Source of the DNA: a virus
Lineage: Duplodnaviria > Caudoviricetes
DNA length: 57,253 nucleotides
Virus record (IMG/VR): IMGVR_UViG_3300021223_000017
Span: 1-57,253 of that record
Strand: one strand, 5' to 3'
Shown here: positions 43,729 through 52,196 of the stretch, in pieces
How positions within the stretch are numbered: position 1 is the first letter of the stretch
Layout: the number at the start of each line of letters is the position of its first letter
Notes under the pieces: generated by a model
What the model saw: the letters and a program-made list of their open reading frames with translations, nothing else
Told to the model about the DNA's origin: nothing
The model's database searches: none
Position numbers and translations under genes: made by a program

Positions 43729-44022
43729 ATGACCAAAAAGGTAGGGAGGAAAACGACGGTGACGGCGGTAGCAATTCGGATGCATCCAAAACTAAGACAT
43801 CTTCTGGATGTGGTGGGTCGTAAGCAGCGCCGCTCGATGACTGCTGTTATTGAGGCCGCCATCGAAGCATTCGCAAGCTCTGCAGAGCGTGATATCGCGG
43901 AGTCGACTTGGTCCACCGATGAAAACGAGCGCGCCTTGAACCTCTATTTAAAAGCGCCTGACCTTTGCTCATTCGATGAGGAAGTCGATGCCAAGGCAAT
44001 CCTGGCTGCGCGCAGTCAGTAA
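43729..44022 (+). CDS. Ribbon-helix-helix DNA-binding protein
   Basis: VAIRMHPKLRHLLD...RRSMTAVIE. Confidence 0.7.
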   Translation: MTKKVGRKTTVTAVAIRMHPKLRHLLDVVGRKQRRSMTAVIEAAIEAFASSAERDIAESTWSTDENERALNLYLKAPDLCSFDEEVDAKAILAARSQ

Positions 44023-44083
44023 TCGGACCTTTTCACGTCAGCGCTTGTATCGGGCGCTTTCGGAAACCACCCGGAGTAAGGCG

Positions 44084-44257
44084 ATGAACGAAGCCCAGAA
44101 AAAAGAGATTCAGGACATTGTTCAGGAGATCGCGACTGACGAAAGCATCAGTTTTGACGAGGCTTTCGCAATCGCCGTGGGGATGTTGAAGCTTCATGGT
44201 GGCGGCATGCCTAAAGGAAGAAAGGCCGCTGGCAGTGGAACAGGTCAGGCCTCGTAA
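44084..44257 (+). CDS. Small hypothetical protein
   Basis: GGAG RBS after a hairpin linker. Confidence 0.6.
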   Translation: MNEAQKKEIQDIVQEIATDESISFDEAFAIAVGMLKLHGGGMPKGRKAAGSGTGQAS

Positions 44258-44535
44258 AGAAACGCCGACCATTCGTGTTCATGGACACGACAGAGAAAAA
44301 TAGAGGCTGAGCCTCGCGAAGTAAGCGGATCAGAAATAGATTTAACTCTATCTCTTAATTCAGAGGTACCCAGAGTACTAGTACCAAAGTACGTCCCTAT
44401 CGGCATGCCGTACGTTTTACCGTCATCAAATAAAACGGTCCTTTTCAGGCCGAGCGCATCCATCTTTTCGTGAAGATCGGAGTAATCCTCTCCGCTAGCC
44501 CTAAACAGCTCAACTCGCACCATGTATTCCGCCAT
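44245..44535 (-). CDS. GhoS/DUF2622-like protein
   Basis: YMVRVEL...DYSDLHEKM...YGMPIGTY; AGGAG RBS. Confidence 0.7.
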   Translation of the reverse strand: MAEYMVRVELFRASGEDYSDLHEKMDALGLKRTVLFDDGKTYGMPIGTYFGTSTLGTSELRDRVKSISDPLTSRGSASIFLCRVHEHEWSAFLYEA

Positions 44536-44670
44536 TGCTGCACTCCTTGCTTCGACTGTGGAGGTCGAAGCATATGGCTTTCCCTCGACTGTGGAAAGCG
44601 AGGAAACAGGGAGCCTGCCCCTGTCAAAACAGGCGCCTTAACTGACCAATGCCACCTGGGAGTCACGACG

Positions 44671-45054
44671 ATGGAAGCAACAATCATCAACGGCGCATGG
44701 AAGGGTCACCTCGGACGTGGCCTTGCACCGCGAGAGCTTCAGTTTCTGCTTTGGATTGCCCAGGGCTTCACCTCGAAAGAGATCGCTCGGGAAGCAGGCA
44801 TTGAGTACGGCAGCGTCAAGAAGCGCCTGACCAATGCGATGTTCAAGCTTGGCGTGACGAAGCGCACTGCTTTGGTGGCTGAGGCCATGAAGCGCCAGAT
44901 CATCACGCCGGTCTGCTTTGTGCTGGCGGCGCTGATCGCCATTCACTCGATGATCAGTGACGACTCATTGCGTCGTGATCGCCGGGCGCCGGAAAGGCGA
45001 ATGGCTCAGGTGCGAATGGTGCGCCGGACGGAATGTCCTGAGCTGATGGGTTGA
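44671..45054 (+). CDS. LuxR-type HTH regulator
   Basis: LAPRELQFLLWIAQGFTSKEIA...KLGVTKR. Confidence 0.85.
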   Translation: MEATIINGAWKGHLGRGLAPRELQFLLWIAQGFTSKEIAREAGIEYGSVKKRLTNAMFKLGVTKRTALVAEAMKRQIITPVCFVLAALIAIHSMISDDSLRRDRRAPERRMAQVRMVRRTECPELMG

Positions 45055-45121
45055 GCGGTACGGACCTTTTCACTGATGCACCTGGTTACCCAGTGCATTG
45101 AGAAAAAAACGGGAGACAGGT

Positions 45122-45316
45122 ATGGGGAACAACGATCTGAAGGACGCAGAGCAGACTCTGCAGCGCCTCGCCGCAGCCCTGAACAAAGCGGTCCGGGAAT
45201 ATTCGAACCACGGAATGACTGTAGAGATGGATGTCGTCAGCAGCTCAATAATCGGGGGTGTTTCGGTGTCGTCGGTTTCGCTGAACTGCAGCATCGCCAT
45301 TCGAAACCTCGACTGA
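45122..45316 (+). CDS. Small hypothetical protein
   Basis: GGAG RBS after a hairpin linker; 64 aa. Confidence 0.6.
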   Translation: MGNNDLKDAEQTLQRLAAALNKAVREYSNHGMTVEMDVVSSSIIGGVSVSSVSLNCSIAIRNLD

Positions 45317-45328
45317 ACAACCAGCGCC

Positions 45329-45770
45329 ACGACAGCCTGTCGTTAACTGCCCGATGCCCTGGTACTCCCCAGCACCAGGTCGTATCGGAGTGTGATCTGA
45401 AACACAGGCCGAAAGGTTCCCCCGGACAGCCGGCATGCCGGAGTAAGTCAGGGCAGATCACACCCCGATGCGGACGAAATCGCGGCCTATAACCGCCCAC
45501 CTGCACTCAACTGCCAGAGCACACCGCCGCAGTTGAAACCCCACACGGAGGATTGTCAGCCATGAAGTAATTCAGAGATTCACCTGCGTGGCGCAGTAAG
45601 CCTGAAGGCTGCGCCCAACATCCTGACAGGCAGCGGAAAGCAGGGCCGACGATGTGACCGCGCATCATCCGAAAGGTAGGCCCACCCAAAACGAAGATGA
45701 ACACCGCAGGCGAGTCCGAGGGCATAGCTGGCCAGACTCGACACATCCCGGGAAGTGCCGGGCGCCTGCG
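45329..45770 (+). ncRNA. Candidate structured RNA region
   Basis: Contiguous hairpins and multibranch stems; no credible long ORF. Confidence 0.4.
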
Positions 45771-45998
45771 TCATCGCGGAATCGCCCGACCGGTGACAAT
45801 GCTCTTGCTTCCGCAGTTGCAAATAGGAACATGGGATTCGGATCGCCGACGCAGGTGTTCATAGTCGCTTGCTGCAACAGTATCGAAGCCGCTCCACCGA
45901 TTTTCGGTGTTGCCCAGTTCGTCTGAGCGAACGACCTTAATACCTACATGCCCGCAGGACCTGCAGGTTGCTTTGTAGTGATTTTCATCCCAGCTCAT
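45771..45998 (-). CDS. Small Cys-motif (zinc ribbon-like) protein
   Basis: AAGGAG RBS; CRSCG and CNCGS. Confidence 0.65.
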   Translation of the reverse strand: MSWDENHYKATCRSCGHVGIKVVRSDELGNTENRWSGFDTVAASDYEHLRRRSESHVPICNCGSKSIVTGRAIPR

Positions 45999-46151
45999 TT
46001 GCCACTCCTTGACGTCCATAAGTCTGTCAAATATAGCAGCGATATCCCACCTCCCCGCCTTTATCCACCAGCACTCACCCCGCGGCCATCGGCAACCAGC
46101 GGAGGGCATGAGTGTTGACGAATACAGGTGAACCAACGAAAGGAGACGACC

Positions 46152-46418
46152 ATGAACCAAAGTCACCACGCTTACTGTGATGTAGCGATCGCAATGAACC
46201 AGCGCCGCAATATGTCCTTGGCGCTTTGCCTTGGGCTGGTCGGCTCCAACGCCCCGAAGACCTCGCCTCGGCACCGGGTCATTCCGGTGAGTGATCAGTT
46301 CTTCCACATCGTCGACGGCCAGACGGGCAAGGTTGTTGGGTTCCGCCGCGATCACAACGAAGCTTGCGCCTTCGCCCGGCGCCTGGAGACCTGCCATGCC
46401 GACCAGTTACGCGGATAG
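46152..46418 (+). CDS. Hypothetical phage protein
   Basis: AAGGAG RBS; FFHIVDGQTGKVVGFR. Confidence 0.7.
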   Translation: MNQSHHAYCDVAIAMNQRRNMSLALCLGLVGSNAPKTSPRHRVIPVSDQFFHIVDGQTGKVVGFRRDHNEACAFARRLETCHADQLRG

Positions 46419-46626
46419 TGCCCAGGCCCGGGAATCCGACAGGCGCTGGGACTTCCCGGAACAAACGCCAAGCAGTCGAGCGGTCCTGTTCCATGAATAT
46501 ACCGAGGACGACCTTGCAGAACGTGATGCCCAGCGTCTCGCAGAACGTGCAAGCCTCAAGCGCCGGATTGGGTTGGCAATGACCCAGATGGAAGCCATCT
46601 GCCCGCCGATTGGGAGTGATGCATGA
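46396..46626 (+). CDS. Hypothetical phage protein
   Basis: GGAG RBS; coupled to the next gene. Confidence 0.65.
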   Translation: MPTSYADSAQARESDRRWDFPEQTPSSRAVLFHEYTEDDLAERDAQRLAERASLKRRIGLAMTQMEAICPPIGSDA

Positions 46627-46850
46627 ACACCGCCCAGCGCGACCACCAGACCGCAGTCGGCTGGATCGAGGCAGAGATCGAAAACATGATCCGCGACCTC
46701 GGCAAGCCCAACGCAAGTGCGGCAGCGACATCCTGCGTCACCCTGGCCTTCATGCTACGGGCTATTGATGAGGCCGAGCAGCGCCGCTACCGGGCGCGCA
46801 TCGACCAGATCTACGCCGAATACAACGCGTCACTCGTTTCTGCCGCTTAA
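46623..46850 (+). CDS. Hypothetical phage protein
   Basis: ATGA overlap. Confidence 0.7.
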   Translation: MNTAQRDHQTAVGWIEAEIENMIRDLGKPNASAAATSCVTLAFMLRAIDEAEQRRYRARIDQIYAEYNASLVSAA

Positions 46851-46907
46851 CCGCACCACCTCACTACAACACTTTCAATGCTGCGCCAGGCGCGGCGAGG
46901 GATCGTC

Positions 46908-48068
46908 ATGTCCACAAATGCTAAAAAAGCACCCGCACAAGAATCGCTCGAAATCAGCGAAGCCGAAAATGCGCAGAAAGCAGTATCTCCTGCGGTAGCG
47001 TTCACTGACATCGCTGAGTACCGGCCGCACGAAGAACAAATCGTTCGCCTGGAAACGACTTACGCGAAGCTGGTCGTTGATTGCTCGACGACCGAAGGCT
47101 ACGAGAGTGCCAAGGAAGTACGCGTCGATATCCGTGCCGTGCGTTATGCCCTGGCGAATACCACCAAGACTGCGTTGGCGCCCTACCAGCAGGCGGTTAA
47201 AGATGCTCAGGCCCGCGTCAATCAGGTGAAAGAGTTCGGCGAGACACTGAAGACTCGCGTCCTCGTACTTGAAGAGCCAATCGACGAGGCGATCAAGGCT
47301 GAAGATAAACGCATTGCCGAGGCCAAGGCCGAACGCGAACGCATCGAGCGTGAGCGCATCGAGGTCATCCGCGCAAAAATTACCCGCTTCAGTTCTGTCG
47401 CTGCCGCATATGCAAGTCGGAGCGCGACTGACGTCTCCAGCATTCTGCAAGGCGTCAAGGAATCGGTGATCCTCCCCGAAGAATATGGCGAGTTTGAAGC
47501 CGAAGGCACCATCGCTCGTGATAACGCAATTGAGCAGTTGGAAGCGCTGCACAAGGCTGCCATTGATCGAGAGGAAGCTGCTGCGAAGCTGCTGGCTCAG
47601 CAGAAAGAGCTTGAAGAGCTGCGCGAGAAGCAACGCGTCGCTGACGCTGAAGCCGAGGAACTGCGCAAGCAACGCGCCGAGGAAGATCGTAAGCGCTTAA
47701 AGCAGCAGCAGGACGAACTGGATAAGCAGCGCCGCGATATGGAAACGCAACAACGCCAACAGCGTGAGCAGCAGGAAGAGCAACAGCGCCAGCAGCGCGA
47801 ACGTGACGCCCAGTATCAGCGCGACCAGGAAGAACTGGCCCGTCTTCGCGCCCAGGCTATTGCCCCGGCACCAGTAACTGCTGCAGCTGCGCCTGTGATC
47901 GTAGAGAAGGTTGAAGTCACGCCGATCAGTTCGCATGCGATCGGTGATAACACCGACGACGCCACTACAGGCGCGCCACTCGTTGACGACATCGTCGAGG
48001 TCGTGGCGCTGGGCTTCGACGTGAGCCTCGACACCGCTCGCGCCTGGCTACGCGCCATCCGCTTCTAA
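46908..48068 (+). CDS. Long coiled-coil protein upstream of the recombination genes
   Basis: E/Q/R/A-rich, 386 aa. Confidence 0.75.
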   Translation: MSTNAKKAPAQESLEISEAENAQKAVSPAVAFTDIAEYRPHEEQIVRLETTYAKLVVDCSTTEGYESAKEVRVDIRAVRYALANTTKTALAPYQQAVKDAQARVNQVKEFGETLKTRVLVLEEPIDEAIKAEDKRIAEAKAERERIERERIEVIRAKITRFSSVAAAYASRSATDVSSILQGVKESVILPEEYGEFEAEGTIARDNAIEQLEALHKAAIDREEAAAKLLAQQKELEELREKQRVADAEAEELRKQRAEEDRKRLKQQQDELDKQRRDMETQQRQQREQQEEQQRQQRERDAQYQRDQEELARLRAQAIAPAPVTAAAAPVIVEKVEVTPISSHAIGDNTDDATTGAPLVDDIVEVVALGFDVSLDTARAWLRAIRF

Positions 48069-48121
48069 CCACCCTTTCCACCCGAAAGCCGACACGTCCC
48101 TTGTCGGCCAGGGAGAGCGCT

Positions 48122-49087
48122 ATGACCGATACAGACACACAAGCACAAACAGGCCTCGCCACGTACCACGATCCATCGCACAACGCCGCAGCGCTCATCC
48201 TTGATCCGGGCACGATGAGGTCAATGACTGATCTTGCGACGATGATGGCTGACGGGAAAACGACCGTTCCTGAACATCTGCGGGGCAACAAAGCCGATTG
48301 CATGGCAATCGTCTTGCAGGCGATGCAATGGCAGATGAACCCATTCGCGGTGGCTCAGAAAACCTTCATCGTAAAAGACGGCGCACTGAGTTACGAAGCT
48401 CAACTGGTCAACGCTGTAATCACATCCAAGGCCCCCACCATCGACCGCCTGCACTATGAATGGTTTGGGCCCTGGGAAAAGATTGTCGGCAAGTTCCTGG
48501 TTAAGAAAAATGCAGATAACAAGGAATACCGCGTTCCCGGTTGGGGGCTGCTGGACGAAGTAGGCTTGGGCGTCAAAGTATGGGCGACTTTCCGTGGAGA
48601 GAATGAGCCGCGAGTGCTTGAGACACTCATGGCGCAGGCTCGCACTCGTAACTCCACTCTGTGGGCCGACGATCCGAAGCAGCAGATCGCTTACCTCGCC
48701 ACCAAGAAGTGGGCTCGCTTGTTCTGCCCTGACGTGATTCTGGGTGTTTACACACCTGACGAGTTCGAAAGCGTCCACGGCAACGAGATTGATATTACTC
48801 CCTCTGAACAAGCAGCTAACACGGCCGCTGCAGCTGGTGTTTCGTTTGGCCCCAAATCCCCGTCACCGGAAATCGACGGTGTATTCGCAGACCTTCTTAT
48901 CGTCGCGAAGCGGCAAGACATCGAAGCCTATGCAGCGGCCTGGGCAGGTCTCAAGCCGAAGCAGCGCGCAGCAATCGGCCTGGAGTGCCACGAAGCCCTT
49001 AAAGCCATGGCGGCGACCGTCGATGCCGACTTTACCGATATGACGGGATCCAACGGCGACCAGTCCCAGACAGAGGAGGCGGCATAG
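48122..49087 (+). CDS. recT: RecT-family ssDNA annealing protein
   Basis: QAMQWQMNPFAVAQKT, WARLFCPDVILGVYTPDE. Confidence 0.88.
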   Translation: MTDTDTQAQTGLATYHDPSHNAAALILDPGTMRSMTDLATMMADGKTTVPEHLRGNKADCMAIVLQAMQWQMNPFAVAQKTFIVKDGALSYEAQLVNAVITSKAPTIDRLHYEWFGPWEKIVGKFLVKKNADNKEYRVPGWGLLDEVGLGVKVWATFRGENEPRVLETLMAQARTRNSTLWADDPKQQIAYLATKKWARLFCPDVILGVYTPDEFESVHGNEIDITPSEQAANTAAAAGVSFGPKSPSPEIDGVFADLLIVAKRQDIEAYAAAWAGLKPKQRAAIGLECHEALKAMAATVDADFTDMTGSNGDQSQTEEAA

Positions 49088-49749
49088 TGAGAACGGAACT
49101 TCAGGGCACCGAAAAATGGCGTCAGGACCGGTCTGGCCGCTTAACAGCTAGCCGCTTTAAAGATGTGGTGGCCTGGGGGAAGCCTGACAAAAATGGGAAG
49201 CGCGAGCCTATGGGTGCGCGCACCTCATACATGCGCGAACTGTGCTTCGAGCGACTCGCAAAGAAGTCCAAGCACAACGTCAGCAGCGCCTCTATGAAGT
49301 GGGGCCACACCGAAGAGCAGAAGGCGCAGGACGCCTACGAGATATTGACCGGCAACATCGTCCTACCGTCGGAGTTCATCGTTCATCCAAAGTACGACTG
49401 GCTCGGCTGTTCACCAGATGGCCTGATCAACGAAGACGGGGGCACCGAATCGAAGTGCCCCTTCAACGAAGCGATACACGTCAGGACCTGGTTGGAAGGC
49501 ATGCCCGAAGAGCATATGCCACAGGTCCAGGGCTGCATGTTCGTTACTGGCCGAAAATGGTGGGACTTCCTGTCGTTTGATTCTCGCCAAGATGAAGAGT
49601 GTCAGCTCTATATCGAAACGATTTACCGCGACGAAGACTACATCGCCAACCTGCACAAAGAGCTGGTCCAGTTCAACCTGGAACTGAACCGCATGGTTGA
49701 TGAGGTAGCGGACAAAGCTCGGGCGCAAGCCCATCGCCTAGGAGCCTGA
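49087..49749 (+). CDS. YqaJ / lambda Exo-family exonuclease
   Basis: RLTAS, WGHTEE, SPDGL, ESKCP, QVQ. Confidence 0.92.
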   Translation: MRTELQGTEKWRQDRSGRLTASRFKDVVAWGKPDKNGKREPMGARTSYMRELCFERLAKKSKHNVSSASMKWGHTEEQKAQDAYEILTGNIVLPSEFIVHPKYDWLGCSPDGLINEDGGTESKCPFNEAIHVRTWLEGMPEEHMPQVQGCMFVTGRKWWDFLSFDSRQDEECQLYIETIYRDEDYIANLHKELVQFNLELNRMVDEVADKARAQAHRLGA

Positions 49750-49751
49750 CC

Positions 49752-49994
49752 ATGATCAGCAACCTAAAATCAGACATCGAGTTCCGGCGCGAGAAAGCGC
49801 TGGAGCTTTCCAGTCAGGTCAGTCGGCACTTGGACGCCGGTGGCAAATACACCATCGGCGAGAGCCCGGCGATCAATCCAGACCCGGCAAAGCGTTCGGA
49901 ATTCATCGACCCGACAACCATCCTCAAGCGCCGCAAGCAGCCCATCACCCGGGCCGAGCGTGAGGCGCTGCGCAAACTCGCGGAGGCCATATGA
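49752..49994 (+). CDS. Hypothetical phage protein
   Basis: AGGAG RBS; coupled. Confidence 0.7.
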   Translation: MISNLKSDIEFRREKALELSSQVSRHLDAGGKYTIGESPAINPDPAKRSEFIDPTTILKRRKQPITRAEREALRKLAEAI

Positions 49995-50461
49995 GCAAGC
50001 GCAAGCCTCACAACTTCAAAGCCCGCATTGACCGATCCTGCCGGTCGCTGCTGGCTACCAATCACGTCGCAGTAGTCAACATCGACCCCAGCGGCCGCCA
50101 GGGCATGATCAACTACAAATCGCTCAAGAACATTGCGCCGGGAAAGATTGGCCAGGCTGTCTGCGGAATTCCCCACCGGTGGACGATCTACCTCGGCGCC
50201 CTTTGCATCGACGCCCACGGCGACCGCTACAGCAAGTCGATTGAGGTCGCGCCCGATGGCGTCTACCTCTCCGACCACCTGGAAGACGTGATCGAGCATT
50301 GCTACAAGAAGCTGCGTGACGAGGCAAACCAAAGCCAGATGGTGGCTTCGGGCTGGATCGCCATTCCTGAAGCGATATCGCTGGACGAGGCGCATGCAGC
50401 GCGGATCTTCAAAGCAGTCGGCGCCTGGCACCAGGTGAAGGTCGATTCATGCGCCGCATAG
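49991..50461 (+). CDS. Hypothetical phage protein
   Basis: GGAGG RBS; ATGA overlap. Confidence 0.75.
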   Translation: MSKRKPHNFKARIDRSCRSLLATNHVAVVNIDPSGRQGMINYKSLKNIAPGKIGQAVCGIPHRWTIYLGALCIDAHGDRYSKSIEVAPDGVYLSDHLEDVIEHCYKKLRDEANQSQMVASGWIAIPEAISLDEAHAARIFKAVGAWHQVKVDSCAA

Positions 50462-50530
50462 CCCGCATCCAGCAACGCAAACGACAAACCTGGCTCGCAC
50501 TGCCGGCCAGCGGAATAGAAGAGGTAGGCC

Positions 50531-50860
50531 ATGGCCAAGACTGTGCAGGAACGATCGGCCAAAACTGCCAGGAAGCGCGTGGCACTTGCCGAAGAGGAGT
50601 TGAGGCTCAGGGTTCGCCCCGGCACCCGACAGGCGCTGGCCGAATTGATGGAGTGGTCAGGCATTACTGAGCAGGGCGAGGCGATGACGCTGATGATTCA
50701 TCACCTACACGCGATGGGTTCAGCGAAATGCCAGCCGCTGCTGAATCCACAGCGCCACGAAATCGAGATATCGGAAAACGTGGCGCGGGAATTCAGAAAC
50801 AAAAGCCTTCTCGCCATCCAGAAAGACCCGGGCGACGAGATTATCGACCCATCTATTTAA
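50531..50860 (+). CDS. Hypothetical protein, possibly DNA-binding
   Basis: GAGG RBS; MAKTVQERSAK basic N-terminus. Confidence 0.7.
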   Translation: MAKTVQERSAKTARKRVALAEEELRLRVRPGTRQALAELMEWSGITEQGEAMTLMIHHLHAMGSAKCQPLLNPQRHEIEISENVAREFRNKSLLAIQKDPGDEIIDPSI

Positions 50861-51287
50861 CTGATGTCGAAGGCGTTTCGTTGGCAACAGGATCCGCAAC
50901 ATCTGCCGGCTGCCCAGTCTCCACGTCACGAACCTCATATCTCCACCATGACAGCGAAGATATCCCATAGAGACCATAAGTACGGCCGCCCACGAGATCA
51001 ATAGTCATTTCGATCGGAGCAGTTTGTTGTTCCGCGGTAATGAATTTACGAACTTGAATCTTATGCCTGCCTGCACCCAGTCGGTATTCGCTTTGGCGGC
51101 TCAACCAATAAAGGGTTTGATCGTCGTCAATCTTAAATATTGTCAAAGATTTATCGAACTGCTGAATCGTAGCGATTTCGGAGTTTGATTTTCCTTCTGC
51201 ACTTTTGTGTTCGTAATGAATGCACCCAGTCAGCGTGAAGCTGAACAAAATCATTGCTATAAAGCGCCAAACAATCTCGTGTCGCAT
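50853..51287 (-). CDS. Moron lipoprotein
   Basis: Lipobox LTGC; AAGGAG RBS; low GC. Confidence 0.75.
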   Translation of the reverse strand: MRHEIVWRFIAMILFSFTLTGCIHYEHKSAEGKSNSEIATIQQFDKSLTIFKIDDDQTLYWLSRQSEYRLGAGRHKIQVRKFITAEQQTAPIEMTIDLVGGRTYGLYGISSLSWWRYEVRDVETGQPADVADPVANETPSTSVK

Positions 51288-51415
51288 CAGTGCTCCTTAT
51301 AGGCTCAAATCCAAGGTGTGGATCGATACCTTATCCTTTTCCAAAATCCCATCCCACTCGCAGAATCCGGTAACGGACGGGCACAGCTGGGTGAAATTGC
51401 CACTTTGAGATGTAG

Positions 51416-51592
51416 CTAGGCCTTTACTACGCTCTTGATAATCCAGACACCAACCAGAACAAATGCTGCTGATTTAGCCACGGCAAACAGAGAATCTCTT
51501 CCAGCAAATAACTCGAATGCCGAAAATAGTAGTGAGATCGTTCCTACTACCACCAAACCATAGCCAACCGGTCGCACGTACTTGGGGAACAT
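51416..51592 (-). CDS. 58-aa two-TM membrane protein
   Basis: MFPKYVRPVGYGLVVVGTISLLFSAF...AAFVLVGVWIIKSVVKA; GGAG RBS; below the ORF-track cutoff. Confidence 0.65.
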   Translation of the reverse strand: MFPKYVRPVGYGLVVVGTISLLFSAFELFAGRDSLFAVAKSAAFVLVGVWIIKSVVKA

Positions 51593-51705
51593 CTATTCAT
51601 CTCCATGATAAAACAGAAATTGTAAATTTCCCCGCCCAGTAACGCCATCAATCATTCCGCCTCCATCCGATATCACGGAGGGCGGCGCTTGACTGGAGAT
51701 AATCC

Positions 51706-52128
51706 ATGAGCAACATTCCTCCGCGCCCGAAGGCTGATAAAGCAATGATCCTCGCGGCCTGCACCGTTGTGGCTGAGAAGATCAATGGAGACGCCGACAC
51801 CATCGCCCAGCACTACCGCCGCCACATGGACGGTTTTGAGCTGGCAAAGGAGCTTGATAAGTATGCGTCCTGGGACACCACGCGGGATGACATGGAAGCG
51901 CTGGACGAGGTCGACTATCTCGTAGATAGGGCCGAAGACCTGGCGGTAAAAGCGTGGGCTGAAGAGTTCAAGCCCGAGCCACCGCTGCCTATTGGCACCA
52001 GGGTCAAACAAGGCGTGATCACGCGGATCTACGAGCACACCCCGGCCATGTACTGCGTCAAAGAAGACGGCTGCACCAACGACACCCGCAGCCTGCTCAT
52101 AAAATTCGAAGACGCCGTAGCTGCCTGA
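51706..52128 (+). CDS. Hypothetical phage protein
   Basis: GGAG RBS; DGFELAKELD. Confidence 0.75.
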   Translation: MSNIPPRPKADKAMILAACTVVAEKINGDADTIAQHYRRHMDGFELAKELDKYASWDTTRDDMEALDEVDYLVDRAEDLAVKAWAEEFKPEPPLPIGTRVKQGVITRIYEHTPAMYCVKEDGCTNDTRSLLIKFEDAVAA

Positions 52129-52196
52129 TCCGGCTCCATGCCGGTCACCCGTAATACCCCATATCAACGAATCACGCCAGCCGGCGAGGATCCCCT

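Larger units (their letters stand above)
43117..45106 (+). repeat. Four related intergenic hairpin linkers
   Basis: At 43117, 43669, 44025 and 45062; CGGACMTTTTCAC leader in three, TTTTC...GAAA outer stem. Confidence 0.8.

Noticed and set aside
43117-45106. CRISPR array interpretation of the hairpin linkers
   Set aside because: Repeats are divergent and separated by whole genes; no cas genes
45600-45690. Hammerhead ribozyme
   Set aside because: GAAA present but no CTGANGA core in a suitable position
45999-46397. N-terminal extension of ORF 45771..46397
   Set aside because: Overlaps a credible plus-strand gene; the strong RBS is at ATG 45998
47560-47860. CAG-rich low-complexity stretch as a DNA repeat element
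   Set aside because: Explained by Gln/Glu/Arg coiled-coil coding
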